Source: Chitinophaga sp.
GTDB lineage: Bacteria > Bacteroidota > Bacteroidia > Chitinophagales > Chitinophagaceae
Reading direction: 5' to 3'
NCBI RefSeq assembly: GCF_036569125.1
Contig: NZ_DATCRF010000365.1
Span: 1 to 50,374, forward strand
DNA length: 50,374 bases
Position 1 is the stretch's first letter. The number at the start of each line of letters is the position of its first letter. The notes under the pieces were generated by a model. It did no database searches, was not told where the DNA came from, and worked only from the letters and a program-made list of their open reading frames with translations. A program made the translations under genes and the position numbers. Below, in pieces: positions 1-10,141 of the stretch.

Positions 1-956
1 GTGTCCAGCGTACCATCCGGATGCAGGCGGGCCATAAAGTTCACCATGGTAGAGTCCAGGTGCAGGGAGTCGCCGCCCGTTACAGATACCAGGTTGTAAT
101 TAGGCTTTACATAATAACGGAAGTAACCTACTACTATCATCTTCCCATCCTGCTGTAAATGCAAACCGGTTACCACACCCGATACACCGCCTTTCAGGGC
201 AGATACCGGCTGCACTTTGCCGGAAGGCCGTGTTATATTTTCCGTTTCCAAACCGCCGGTATTATACAGGCGTGCAATGCTGCTTACATAAGGCAGCCCT
301 TCATAGCTGGCAAAGCTGCCGGCTACCAGGTATCTGCCATCGGGCATGGCAGCGGCTCTTACCACGGTTGCCGGTGCGCCGGTATTTTTTCCGTAACGGA
401 AAGAACGGTCAATGGTACCATCGCCATTTATACGTGCTACACGGTTCACGCCCCCGTCAATGTTGGCATTGTCAAAGTTGGTGAAATCGCCCACTATCAG
501 GTATTTGCCGCCTTCTACCGGTATAATGTCCTGTATGGTATTATCTGCGCCACGGGAGCTGGGGTATACGGTATCCGTTTCCATAACACCCATTACACGG
601 AAAAAGGGGCCAAAGAAATACTGCTGCCCTACCTGTGCCGTAATGTTGCCGGTGCTGGCAAAAACGGGCACTTTTACTTTTACGCTGGAATCGGTTACAT
701 CTATCAGCGTACCGGGTTGCCCGTTAAACAATATGGAGAGCTCCTGCTGGTGCGCCTTAAACCCTTTGCCGCGGATAGTGATCTCGTCGTTGATATGTCC
801 CCGGTCCGGCAATACACCGCCCTTGCTGATGAGGATTGCCGGCGATACCGTATCCTTATAAGGGTCTTTGCCGCTGCTGGCCACATCATCCTTACTGCAG
901 GCCTGCAGGCAAATACCGGCTATTATGATCCCTGTAAAAAATCGAAGTATTTTCAT
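1..956 (-). CDS. PUL lipoprotein with IPT/TIG-like domain and delta-60/beta-propeller-like repeats (DUF5008-like), 3' end truncated by the window edge
   Basis: Not in ORF track. Read manually from ATG at 956: MKILRFFTGIIIAGICLQAC (lipobox), ITIRGKGF...VKVKVP (IPT), YLIVGDFTNF..VARINGDGTIDRSF and MARLHPDGTLD repeats. Frame open to the edge, 12 bp downstream of the fasciclin gene. Confidence 0.85.
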   Translation of the reverse strand, partial: MKILRFFTGIIIAGICLQACSKDDVASSGKDPYKDTVSPAILISKGGVLPDRGHINDEITIRGKGFKAHQQELSILFNGQPGTLIDVTDSSVKVKVPVFASTGNITAQVGQQYFFGPFFRVMGVMETDTVYPSSRGADNTIQDIIPVEGGKYLIVGDFTNFDNANIDGGVNRVARINGDGTIDRSFRYGKNTGAPATVVRAAAMPDGRYLVAGSFASYEGLPYVSSIARLYNTGGLETENITRPSGKVQPVSALKGGVSGVVTGLHLQQDGKMIVVGYFRYYVKPNYNLVSVTGGDSLHLDSTMVNFMARLHPDGTLD

Positions 957-968
957 CTGGTAATGTTT

Positions 969-1664
969 TTATCTCAACAGGTATTGTTCTGCCATCCGTA
1001 CAAAAGTGCCGCCCCGGAAACCAAATACATGGTTGTTGTTCAGCACATGCAGCACACCGTTCCGGGGCTGTATGTCTGAAGTGGCGATCATAGTGGATGG
1101 GTTGTTCTGGAAATTCTGCGGGTCGTAAGTAATGTCTGTTAGCCGTATAATGCGGGCCCCCACTGCTTCCACATTATTGTAGTTCTGGTAAATGAGGCCT
1201 ATGTTCAGTATGTAGCCCCCATCCATTACATAGTTAATACCGGGATAGGCGTATACGTTAACAGGGTCTACCCGCGCAAACTGTTTGGCCAGGTATTTCC
1301 CTTTCAGCACGTACATGGAAAGGAAGTGCCGCCATACTTCCGGGTCTATATCCTGCAGGTGCACGGAATCTTCCACGTTGAAGTAACGGTAATCATTCAG
1401 GGCGTTCATTACTACCTTCACCGCATCGTCCGTAGGGGCGAAAAAAGTAACGGAATCGTTGTTCAGCATGTCTTTCATGCCCGCACGGTCAATGATATAC
1501 GTAATGGTATCAAACCAGTAAGGCGTATTTTTCAGGTAATCATAAATGCTGCCGTCGTATTTGGGATTGGCTAAACCGCCATCCACGTAATAATCTTTTT
1601 TACAGGCATTGAACAACAGCACGGTGAGCAGCAGCAAGCCTGCAATGGACCATAATTTTTTCAT
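969..1664 (-). CDS. Fasciclin-domain lipoprotein (PUL accessory)
   Basis: Lipoprotein signal MKKLWSIAGLLLLTVLLFNAC; fasciclin motifs TFFAPTDDA and NGVLHVL. Start moved from 1694 to the ATG at 1664. Confidence 0.85.
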   Translation of the reverse strand: MKKLWSIAGLLLLTVLLFNACKKDYYVDGGLANPKYDGSIYDYLKNTPYWFDTITYIIDRAGMKDMLNNDSVTFFAPTDDAVKVVMNALNDYRYFNVEDSVHLQDIDPEVWRHFLSMYVLKGKYLAKQFARVDPVNVYAYPGINYVMDGGYILNIGLIYQNYNNVEAVGARIIRLTDITYDPQNFQNNPSTMIATSDIQPRNGVLHVLNNNHVFGFRGGTFVRMAEQYLLR

Positions 1665-1674
1665 AACACAGTTT

Positions 1675-3174
1675 TTATCTGGACCAAAATTCATTTTGTA
1701 TGATCAGGGGATTGTTCTTTACCGCACCCAGGTCTATAGGCCAGGTCCATGCGCGGCGCTGGAACTGTTCCGGTGTGAGGTAGTTCTCACACTGGTTGCG
1801 GTCCATTACGCGGCCGGTACGTACCAGGTCATAATAAAAATGCCCTTCGCCCCATAGCTCTTTAGCGCGTTCCAGGAAAATGGCATCCTGCAGCGCAGGG
1901 CCGCCACCACCACTGTAGCTGCGGGCGCCGGCGCGGGTGCGCACCATATTCAGCAACGTAATGGCTTCTGCATCCTGGTTGCCAAGGTTGGCCAATGCTT
2001 CTGCACGCAGCAGCAGCAGATCCGCATAACGGAATATCAGGAAGTTGGCATCATAGTCGCGTGTGGATGGATTGGATACGGAGGAGAACTTCAGGTACAT
2101 GGCCGACTGCGGGTTGGCATTACTGTACGGATCATCAAACCACAGGTCAAAACGTTTGTCCGGCTCACCAGCCGGATAGATCTTATCCAGGAATATACGC
2201 TTCGGTGTGATCTCAGAACCAAAGCCGCCATACAGGTCGCCGCTGCTGTGAATAATAGGCTCATGCAACACCCACTGCGCTATAAGCGAGTGGAATTGTA
2301 CGCCGTAATTTATATCCAGCGACAGCTCAAAAATACCTTCCAGGGAACGGCCTTTGAAAATGGTTTGAAAGGTTTCCTTGGTATAAGGCAGCAGCTCGTA
2401 TACGCCCAGGTCCATTACCTGCTTGCCCAATGCAGCGGTTTGCTGCCAGCACTCCTGTTTGTGCGCTGCATCAAAACCGGCTTTCCACATATACATGTGC
2501 GCCATTAAAGTAAGCGCTCCGCCACGGGTAGCGCGTACTGCGCGGTTGGTAGGGTCATCGTAGGAAATGGGCAGGTCCTGCTCGCAGCTGCGCAGGTCCG
2601 CTATGCAGGTATCCAGCACGGTGATCATATCTGCACGGGGTTTAATAGCCGTTTCATACGGATCCAGCTGCAGCGGCACATCTCCGTATAGCCGTACCAT
2701 ATAGAAGTAGGTAAAGGCGCGTATAAAGCGTGCTTCAGCTACCAGCGCCTTACGGTTTTGCGCGCTAAAGCCGGGGTCCTGTATGCCGGGTATACGGTCT
2801 ATGCATAAATTGGCGGCAGCAATGGCCTTGTAAAACTGTGTCCAGTTCTTAGGACCGGCGGAATTATCTGAGCTGTTAAGGTCACCGCCCAGCATATCAT
2901 TACGGCCCAAAGCGGCCAGGTTGCGCTTGTTAAACCAGTTCCACCATCCGGCGCGGAAATCGCCTGTATTGTACAGGGTAGATTCCAGGAATTTATCCAG
3001 CAGCAGACGGTACGCGCCGTTAATACCTTTCAGGGCATCATCCTCATTCTTCCAGAACTCACTGCCGGAGAGGGTATCCACCGGCTTCACCTCCAGGAAC
3101 TTTTTGCAGGACATAGTAAATGCCAACAAGCCGATGAGCAATCCTATTTTAAAGCGTGTTTGCATAATGTTCAT
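1675..3174 (-). CDS. susD: RagB/SusD family lipoprotein
   Basis: Lipobox (TMSC); AEARFIRAFTYFYMVRLYGDVP, FRYADLLLLRAEA, ERAKELWGEGHFYYDLVR motifs; directly follows susC. Confidence 0.95.
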   Translation of the reverse strand: MNIMQTRFKIGLLIGLLAFTMSCKKFLEVKPVDTLSGSEFWKNEDDALKGINGAYRLLLDKFLESTLYNTGDFRAGWWNWFNKRNLAALGRNDMLGGDLNSSDNSAGPKNWTQFYKAIAAANLCIDRIPGIQDPGFSAQNRKALVAEARFIRAFTYFYMVRLYGDVPLQLDPYETAIKPRADMITVLDTCIADLRSCEQDLPISYDDPTNRAVRATRGGALTLMAHMYMWKAGFDAAHKQECWQQTAALGKQVMDLGVYELLPYTKETFQTIFKGRSLEGIFELSLDINYGVQFHSLIAQWVLHEPIIHSSGDLYGGFGSEITPKRIFLDKIYPAGEPDKRFDLWFDDPYSNANPQSAMYLKFSSVSNPSTRDYDANFLIFRYADLLLLRAEALANLGNQDAEAITLLNMVRTRAGARSYSGGGGPALQDAIFLERAKELWGEGHFYYDLVRTGRVMDRNQCENYLTPEQFQRRAWTWPIDLGAVKNNPLIIQNEFWSR

Positions 3175-3185
3175 CTTTTACATTG

Positions 3186-6100
3186 TTAGAATTGTACCGC
3201 AAAGCCCAGCGCAAAGCTGGTAGCAGAAGGGTACCCGTTAATATCATCACGGCCCAGCGAGGTCACCGTTTCCGGGTTAGGACCGGAGTAGGGTGAAAAG
3301 ATGGCTACGTTATAAGCCGTGAAGTAGGTTCTGAGCATGCGTATCTTCAGGCGCCGCATAAATTCCTGGTTGCGGAAACTGTAGCTCAGCGTTACCTGGT
3401 TCAGCTTAAAATAAGAACCATCTTCCTGGAACAGCGTTTGATCCAGGCGGTTGGGTATTACATCCTGCCCGTGGAAAATGTCGCCTACAGCAGGGTATTG
3501 CGCATTATCGCCGGGGTTCTTCCAGTAATTGATCTTGCTAAGGTCATAATAGTTCACAGGCCCTTCTGCCGTACCGGTAATGTAGGTGGCATCCGGGTAC
3601 TGCGCACGGTATAAGCGCGCTGCCATGGCATTGTTCATAATGCTGCGCTTAATAAGGTAAGAGCAGAAAATGTTCAGCGCAAAGTTGCGGTAGCTGAAGG
3701 TGTTGGTGATACCGCCTGTTATCAGCGGATCGGGGTTGCCGGTGATCACATTGTCATCCGCATCATCCAGCGCATAATCGCCGTTCACATCCAGCCAGCG
3801 CGGATCGCCACCCTGGAAATACTGAGTGCCGTTGCCGCGGAATGATTTGTAGCGTACGCCCCGCACCGGGTCTACGGGTACATTGCTGGTATTGGCGTAA
3901 ATGCCCTGTGTTTCATACAGGTAGTTGCTGATGGGGTTACGGCCTACTTTCAGCGCCAGCTCCTCATAATAGGGGGCGCCCTGCGCCTGCCGGTAAAACT
4001 GTACACCGCCGGGCAGCTGTGTTAGCACGCCACGGTTATATGCACCGTTCACACTTATCATCCATTGAAAATTCTGCTGGATGGGCGAGGAAATGGGCCG
4101 CGCAGTGATCGTAAGCTCATGCCCGTAGTTCACCACGCTGGCGCCATTTACCTGTACGCGGTTAAAACCGGTAACATCGGGCAGGTATAGATCACGGATC
4201 AGGTTAAACGATTTTTTGAAGTAGGTATCATAAATAAATTCCAGCCGCCCTTTGAACAGGCCCAGGTCTACACCAAAGTTGAACTGGTTCGACTTTTCCG
4301 GCTCCAAAGATTGGTTGGCCATTACATCAAAATTGGGTGCGATGGCCGGGCTGTTGTTATAGTTGTTATACACCTGGTAAATGCCCAGGAAGTTGGGCAG
4401 CGTAGCAGCAGCACGGCTGTTGGAGCCATAGGTTACACGTACGGAACCATAGTCCAGCCAGTTAAAGCGCCGCATCAGGTTTTCCTTACCAAAGTTCCAG
4501 CGCAAACCAATGGCCGGGTTTTTCGTATAGGGGTTATTGATACCTGCCGATGAGTTGCCATCCAGGCGGTAAGAAAGGTCTATACTATACTTGGTGCGGA
4601 AGTTATAGGAAACAAAACCGGCCCAGGATAAGGCATGGTACAGGTAAGATACGCTGGTGCCATTATCGTTGGTATTACCTCCGTCATTCCAGGGGTTACC
4701 GGGATAAAAACGGGGCGAGTAACCACGCGGCCCCCAGAAATAATCACTGGGCCCGTTGCGTACATCGCGTATGTGCTGGTTATCTGTTTTAATATTCACT
4801 TCACTGAACAGGCTCGCATACAGGTTATGCCCTCTTTCCACATTGGCTGGGTCGCTGCTGAAATTGTAGTTAATACCGTTACGCGTATTCAGCTCATCAT
4901 GCCGCCCAACAAAGCCATACAACAGGGTTTGGTTGTTGTTGGCAAAGGCCTGGTTAAAGCGGTCGCGGGTATCTGTATAATAGTCGTAAGAAGTGATGGA
5001 GTTTACGCGTATGTTATGGAAGATCTCATAATCCATATCCACAAACCCGCGCAGGTTAATGGTGTTGTTATCATCCATATTATTCTCATACCCGTCAAAC
5101 TGCGGGTTGCCTACAAACTGGGAAGGGCCGGGCAGCAGAGAGGAGGTGAAGGCATTACCGGCGCCATTGCCTGTTAAGCCGCCGCCGTTACCGCGCTGCT
5201 TTTGTCCTAAGGCGCCAAACAGCTGGGTGCTGATGCGCAGCTTTGGACTGGGCTGTATGTTCAGCTGCATGTTCAGGCTGTACTTGTCAAAACCGGTGTT
5301 CTTAATTACACCCTGGTTACGCTGGTACGCCATGTTAGCCTTGTAGTTCAGCTTGGGATTGCCCCCGCTGATCTGTACGTTGTTCTGTGTGTTGATGGTA
5401 GTTTGGTAAAATAACCCCTGCCAGTTGGTTGAGTTATTGTAAAAGCTGTTCAAACTATCTGTGAGGAACTGGGCGCCTTCCAGCCGGTCGCGCGCTTCCT
5501 GGATATTGCGGCTGTGATATAAAATGGAATTGATACGGTATTGCCTTTCCAGAGCGCCGCCCCAGGTAGGCCGCAGCTGCGGGGCCAGGTTAATGAACAC
5601 ACTGCTGTTCACATCGATCACCGGCGTGGGTGAGTTACCACGTTTGGTGGTAATTACAATTACACCGTTAGCGCCGCGGGAACCGTACAGTGAGGTGGCC
5701 TGCGCATCTTTCATGATCTCGATGGATTGTATGTCATCCGGCGGTATCAGCGCCAGTGGCCCGGTGGCAGCACCTGGTTGTAACATGGACTGGGAAAAAC
5801 CGCCATCATAATCCACCGGTACGTTATCTATTACCAGCAATGGGTTATTGGTAGCCAGGTAAGTCTGGTCGCCGGTGCCGGTGATGTTCAGCTGGGAAAT
5901 ACCGCGTATGGATACCGTGCCGCGGAAGCCCGGCGCGCCGGTGTTGTTCTGGATATTTAAGCCGGCTACCTTACCCTGTAACAGCTCCTGCACGCTGGAT
6001 ACCGGTACATCCTGCAGGTCCCTGCCGGAGATCACGGCTACTGAGCCGGATACGGTTTCCTTGGTACGTTTCTGGTAGCCCACTACCACAGCCTCTTTCA

Positions 6101-6419
6101 GGGAACGGTTCTCCGGTGAAAGGAAAAGGTTCAGCGTAGGTTTGGTAACCTTCAGCGTTTGATCCTTATAGCCCACAAAACGGAACTGTACCGTTCTGCC
6201 TTCCTGTATGGTAAAGGAAAAATTACCCTGTACATCCGTTAAGCCCAGGCCTTTTTTAGCCTGCACATCTATGATGGTAACGCCGGGCAGCCCTTCACGG
6301 CTAATGGCATCCTGGATCCTGCCTTTTACAGTAATGTTTTGCTGGGCAAAGGCTTGGCTGCTGCAAAGCAGCAGGGGAATAAGCAGTAAGACCAGCAGGT
6401 TGTAATAACATTTATACAT
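3186..6419 (-). CDS. susC: SusC/RagA TonB-dependent transporter with N-terminal extension domain
   Basis: Signal peptide, carboxypeptidase-regulatory-like N-terminal domain, plug motif SIEIMKDAQATSLYGSRGANGVIVITTKRG, C-terminal Phe. Confidence 0.96.
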   Translation of the reverse strand: MYKCYYNLLVLLLIPLLLCSSQAFAQQNITVKGRIQDAISREGLPGVTIIDVQAKKGLGLTDVQGNFSFTIQEGRTVQFRFVGYKDQTLKVTKPTLNLFLSPENRSLKEAVVVGYQKRTKETVSGSVAVISGRDLQDVPVSSVQELLQGKVAGLNIQNNTGAPGFRGTVSIRGISQLNITGTGDQTYLATNNPLLVIDNVPVDYDGGFSQSMLQPGAATGPLALIPPDDIQSIEIMKDAQATSLYGSRGANGVIVITTKRGNSPTPVIDVNSSVFINLAPQLRPTWGGALERQYRINSILYHSRNIQEARDRLEGAQFLTDSLNSFYNNSTNWQGLFYQTTINTQNNVQISGGNPKLNYKANMAYQRNQGVIKNTGFDKYSLNMQLNIQPSPKLRISTQLFGALGQKQRGNGGGLTGNGAGNAFTSSLLPGPSQFVGNPQFDGYENNMDDNNTINLRGFVDMDYEIFHNIRVNSITSYDYYTDTRDRFNQAFANNNQTLLYGFVGRHDELNTRNGINYNFSSDPANVERGHNLYASLFSEVNIKTDNQHIRDVRNGPSDYFWGPRGYSPRFYPGNPWNDGGNTNDNGTSVSYLYHALSWAGFVSYNFRTKYSIDLSYRLDGNSSAGINNPYTKNPAIGLRWNFGKENLMRRFNWLDYGSVRVTYGSNSRAAATLPNFLGIYQVYNNYNNSPAIAPNFDVMANQSLEPEKSNQFNFGVDLGLFKGRLEFIYDTYFKKSFNLIRDLYLPDVTGFNRVQVNGASVVNYGHELTITARPISSPIQQNFQWMISVNGAYNRGVLTQLPGGVQFYRQAQGAPYYEELALKVGRNPISNYLYETQGIYANTSNVPVDPVRGVRYKSFRGNGTQYFQGGDPRWLDVNGDYALDDADDNVITGNPDPLITGGITNTFSYRNFALNIFCSYLIKRSIMNNAMAARLYRAQYPDATYITGTAEGPVNYYDLSKINYWKNPGDNAQYPAVGDIFHGQDVIPNRLDQTLFQEDGSYFKLNQVTLSYSFRNQEFMRRLKIRMLRTYFTAYNVAIFSPYSGPNPETVTSLGRDDINGYPSATSFALGFAVQF

Positions 6420-6430
6420 ACATAGTAATT

Positions 6431-7468
6431 TTAATCGTCCTGAAATTTTGGATTCACCTTGAACTTGAACACCACTTCCCAGTCGCCGGGTTCATAAATG
6501 GCTAAGCTGAGCCCTATGCCTGCATTGTACCGGTGCCCAAAGGATACGCGGTTATACTGGAATGCGATATAGGCTTTGTCCGAGTTGCCGGAAACATCGG
6601 CCAGTATGGGAAAGGGGCTGGTAACATCATAGGTAAGAATGGTGCTGTCAGCGCTCATACGCCGGTTAAAGCCAAAGGGTACATCCAAACCGATTGAACC
6701 GGTGCGGTAACGCAGGCTGTCCCATTGTGTGAGGTTGAAATTGGAAAAGGGAATGGCTACAGAATCCTTATCAAAGATTTTAAACGTAAGCGTATTGCCT
6801 TTTATATCTGTTTTGCGGAAGTATACATTCACACTATCCCGGGGCAGGTTCAGGTTAAATTGATCTACCACGCCGCTAAGGTCGGGGTGCGTAATGCCGC
6901 CCTGGTCCCATGCTTTGCGGATGCCGGTGATATCGTCAAACTCATACGGCTCATAAGGGCGCGGGCGGCGCACATCCAGCACCATGTTCTTGAACACTTT
7001 TTCACCGCCATTATTTTTTACACGCACATCAAAGTAATAGATGCCGGGCTTAATGCGGGAGGAATCCGTATTCCAGAAAAATATTTCACCGGAGTGCGGG
7101 CGTATATCTAACGCCGGCGCCTGTACGGTGCTGCGTTTGTCTTCAATTTCCGCAATGGTCTTTTCTAAGCCGCTGTAATAGTTTTTCCATTGCCGGGTAG
7201 CTACTTTTTCAAGCAGCTCCGGAGCAGCGCTGCTGTCGGCATGGCGTACATTTTCCAGCGTAAAGGTGAGCGGCTGCGTGGAATAGTCCGCATTAAAAAT
7301 ATAGGAGTACACGTTCGTACGGCCTAAGTTCACCGGGAAGTTGGTCCGGTTATAGTTCATATTGGTGCTGAAAAAATCCTTTTCACCCGGCACCATGTTT
7401 TTGTAGCATCCTGCCATGGCCGTGGCCAGCAGCAGAAGCATGATCAGATAAGGTTTATAACGTTGCAT
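6431..7468 (-). CDS. DUF5007-like PUL lipoprotein
   Basis: Lipobox (MAGC); STQPLTF, HSGEIFFW, YYFDVRVKNNGG, WEVVFKF..NPKF resemble DUF5007 proteins of tandem susCD loci. Confidence 0.75.
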   Translation of the reverse strand: MQRYKPYLIMLLLLATAMAGCYKNMVPGEKDFFSTNMNYNRTNFPVNLGRTNVYSYIFNADYSTQPLTFTLENVRHADSSAAPELLEKVATRQWKNYYSGLEKTIAEIEDKRSTVQAPALDIRPHSGEIFFWNTDSSRIKPGIYYFDVRVKNNGGEKVFKNMVLDVRRPRPYEPYEFDDITGIRKAWDQGGITHPDLSGVVDQFNLNLPRDSVNVYFRKTDIKGNTLTFKIFDKDSVAIPFSNFNLTQWDSLRYRTGSIGLDVPFGFNRRMSADSTILTYDVTSPFPILADVSGNSDKAYIAFQYNRVSFGHRYNAGIGLSLAIYEPGDWEVVFKFKVNPKFQDD

Positions 7469-7479
7469 AATGCAGGGAA

Positions 7480-8643
7480 TTAAAGTTTGTAGAAGGTCAT
7501 TTTGTTGATATTGTAACCGCCGGATTCTTCATAGAACCGCAGGATGTGCTTACCGGCAGTAAGGTTCACCGTGGTATTTACCGTTACCCAGTTCTGCCAG
7601 CCGCCTGTATCATTGCAATGCACCGTACCGCTAACGTTTACGCCGTCAAACTCCAGCCGGAAATTGCCGCCGCCACCACCGGATGCCATGCGCAGGGCAA
7701 CAGCATAAGCGCCGTCTGCGGCTACTTCTACCGTGTATTCCAGCCATTCGGAACCACCGGTCCAGCCCACGTTATAAGTGCCTTCGCTGCAGTTTTCGAT
7801 ATCCACAGCTTCTGTGCGGTACTGGTTGCCGTTGTTGCCGCCGTCATTATCATGGTAAGCCAGTCCCTCTCCGCCATCATCATAATCCTCAAACTCAATA
7901 GTGCCGGGTATGGGAGATGGTAATCCCAGGTAGGGCGATTGTATGGGGTTCAGCGAATACGGGAAAGCCATCGGCACCAACGACACAAAGCCGAATACAT
8001 GTTTGCTTTCCAGCACATGCAGCCAGCCATTAGCCGTTTTAAGATCTATGCTTTGGGTAATGGAGGTTGACCAGTCCCTGATAAAGCGGGAGCGGTTCAT
8101 ATCGCTGTACTGTAATACCAGCGGGCCGCCGTTCTGGATGCCGGAAGCTGCTGTGGGTACAGACTTGCCGTTCATCTGGTAATTATAGGCCAGGGTGTTC
8201 AGCATCACCCCATCTGCATACTGCAGGGAGTCGGCGCCTACCTTACCCCGCATCATGTAGCGGCGCAGCAGCGTATCCCATACGGCTGCGGGTACGCTGT
8301 CCAGCGTCCAGTCGCCTTTAAAGCCATATTTACCCCGGCTGAAGTTCAGGTTGTACAGCGCAGTTTTAATGCTGTAATCCTGCGGCGCAAAAAAAGTGAT
8401 GTTCTCCTTTTTCAGCGTATCTGTAAGGCCGGCTTTATCAACCAGGTATAATAAGGTATCATACAAACCCTGCTGACTTTTCAGGAAGTCATAGGTGTTT
8501 ACCGGCACTTCTGCCGTGGGTTTGGCATTGCGGTAAGTATTATCTTTTTTACAACCCGCTATCACCAGCAGCAACAGCAGGGCGCCGGTGTACCATTGTG
8601 GGCAGGTACTCCGCGCGGTGAATTGTTGTAAGCTCATTTTCAT
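7480..8643 (-). CDS. Lipoprotein with fasciclin domain and C-terminal CBM6-like carbohydrate-binding module
   Basis: Lipobox (IAGC), TFFAPQDYS/NGWLHVL fasciclin motifs; IPGTIEFEDYD, NVGW...WLEYTV, TGGWQNW CBM6 motifs. Start uncertain (8655, 8643 or 8637). Confidence 0.85.
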   Translation of the reverse strand: MKMSLQQFTARSTCPQWYTGALLLLLVIAGCKKDNTYRNAKPTAEVPVNTYDFLKSQQGLYDTLLYLVDKAGLTDTLKKENITFFAPQDYSIKTALYNLNFSRGKYGFKGDWTLDSVPAAVWDTLLRRYMMRGKVGADSLQYADGVMLNTLAYNYQMNGKSVPTAASGIQNGGPLVLQYSDMNRSRFIRDWSTSITQSIDLKTANGWLHVLESKHVFGFVSLVPMAFPYSLNPIQSPYLGLPSPIPGTIEFEDYDDGGEGLAYHDNDGGNNGNQYRTEAVDIENCSEGTYNVGWTGGSEWLEYTVEVAADGAYAVALRMASGGGGGNFRLEFDGVNVSGTVHCNDTGGWQNWVTVNTTVNLTAGKHILRFYEESGGYNINKMTFYKL

Positions 8644-8654
8644 AACAGCAAACA

Positions 8655-10130
8655 TTATTTCCAGAAATTATTTTGTACCAGCGCGCTGTTGGTGGAAAGT
8701 GCCTGTTTAGACACAGGCCAGTAAGCAGCGCCATTATTTACATCGGCCTGGGTGAATTGGGTGTACCGCGATACTTTGTTGAAATGTATCAGGTCAAACC
8801 AGTACCAGCCTTCGCCTATCAGCTCACGCCTGCGTTCCAGGAAAATGGCATCCAGCAGGGCTTCCTGCGTGGGATTGCCGGGCAGTGTTTTTAAACCGCG
8901 GCGGGTGCGTATGCTGTTAAGATCACCTACTGCATCGGACATGCCTAAACGCGCTTTACATTCTGCCTGCAGCAGGTACAGCTCCTCATACCGGAAAATG
9001 ATGATGGCGGATGTATAAAAGCGGAGTGTCGGATTTTTTACCGCGCTGTTCACCTGCTTCATTTTATAGAACACCGGGTAGGCATCATTCAGCTGATCAA
9101 AGAACAGGGTAGCGCGCTGATCGCCGCTTTCACTGTAAATACTCAGGATGCTGTCTTTGGGTATATAGATCTCGGATTCGCTTTTGGGAATATCCGGTGA
9201 GCGCAGTGTCCAGTCTTCCAGCTGCCCGGTAGTGGAGTATTCTGCGTGGTCAAAGTTGAGGTCTATCTGGAAAATATTGCTGAAGCCACGGCCGCGGAAA
9301 GAGCCATCCAGGCGGGTAAGATCGGCGGTGCTTACAAAGTTGTAACCGGTTTGCCCCTGGTTATCTATTACAGCACGTGTGTTTTGCAGGGCATTGGCAT
9401 AATCGCCTTTCCAGGCATACAGGTGCGCCAGTAAGGTATAGGCCATACCGCGGGTAGCGGAAATATCTGTATGGTGGCCTTCACCCTGGCCCTGGTAATC
9501 GCCTTGCTGCTCCGGCGACTGGCCATTGTACTTCCACGGCAGGCCGTAGGCAGCAGCCAGCGCATCCTGTATGGCAAAGTCCAGCACCTGCTGCTGGTTG
9601 GTTCTTGGGGTAGGCGTAAACGTGCCGTTGGGCGGGCTGGAAATTAAAGGCACATCGCCCCACACCCTTACAATATAATAATAGAGAAAGGACCGCAGGA
9701 AACGTACCTGCGAGCGGTCCAGCTCCATATCATTGTTAGAGTAGCGGTAATCGCGTTTGGGCACTTCAGGCAATTTTTCAATGGCCAGGTTGCATTGGGC
9801 AATGGCGGCGTAAAACCGGCGCCAGTCGCGCCATTGATCGGTAGTGGCATAGCTGGCGTTCAGGTTATTATCCACCAGCGCCTGCAGGTCGCCGCGTTTG
9901 GTAACGCGGAAGTCGCCGCCCCGCAGATCGCCATATACCCAGTGGGCATTTTCATTCATTAACGCGGCGCGTATCAGGGCATAGCAGCCATAAACAGCGG
10001 CACGGGCATCATTTTTATTCTGCCACATGTTCTCTTCTGTAAGCGCGCGTTTGGAGGGCTGGTCCAGCATTTTACTGCAGGAGCTGCCCAGCAGCAACAA
10101 ACCCGATAAGATCACTATTGTATATCGCAT
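8655..10130 (-). CDS. susD: RagB/SusD family lipoprotein
   Basis: Lipobox (GSSC); RFLRSFLYYYIVRVWGDVP, FRYEELYLLQAEC, ERRRELIGEGWYWFDL motifs. Confidence 0.95.
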   Translation of the reverse strand: MRYTIVILSGLLLLGSSCSKMLDQPSKRALTEENMWQNKNDARAAVYGCYALIRAALMNENAHWVYGDLRGGDFRVTKRGDLQALVDNNLNASYATTDQWRDWRRFYAAIAQCNLAIEKLPEVPKRDYRYSNNDMELDRSQVRFLRSFLYYYIVRVWGDVPLISSPPNGTFTPTPRTNQQQVLDFAIQDALAAAYGLPWKYNGQSPEQQGDYQGQGEGHHTDISATRGMAYTLLAHLYAWKGDYANALQNTRAVIDNQGQTGYNFVSTADLTRLDGSFRGRGFSNIFQIDLNFDHAEYSTTGQLEDWTLRSPDIPKSESEIYIPKDSILSIYSESGDQRATLFFDQLNDAYPVFYKMKQVNSAVKNPTLRFYTSAIIIFRYEELYLLQAECKARLGMSDAVGDLNSIRTRRGLKTLPGNPTQEALLDAIFLERRRELIGEGWYWFDLIHFNKVSRYTQFTQADVNNGAAYWPVSKQALSTNSALVQNNFWK

Positions 10131-10141
10131 GGCAATAGTTT

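Noticed and set aside
159-1079. 306-aa plus-strand ORF
   Set aside because: Antisense shadow of the minus-strand DUF5008-like and fasciclin genes; no recognizable motifs.
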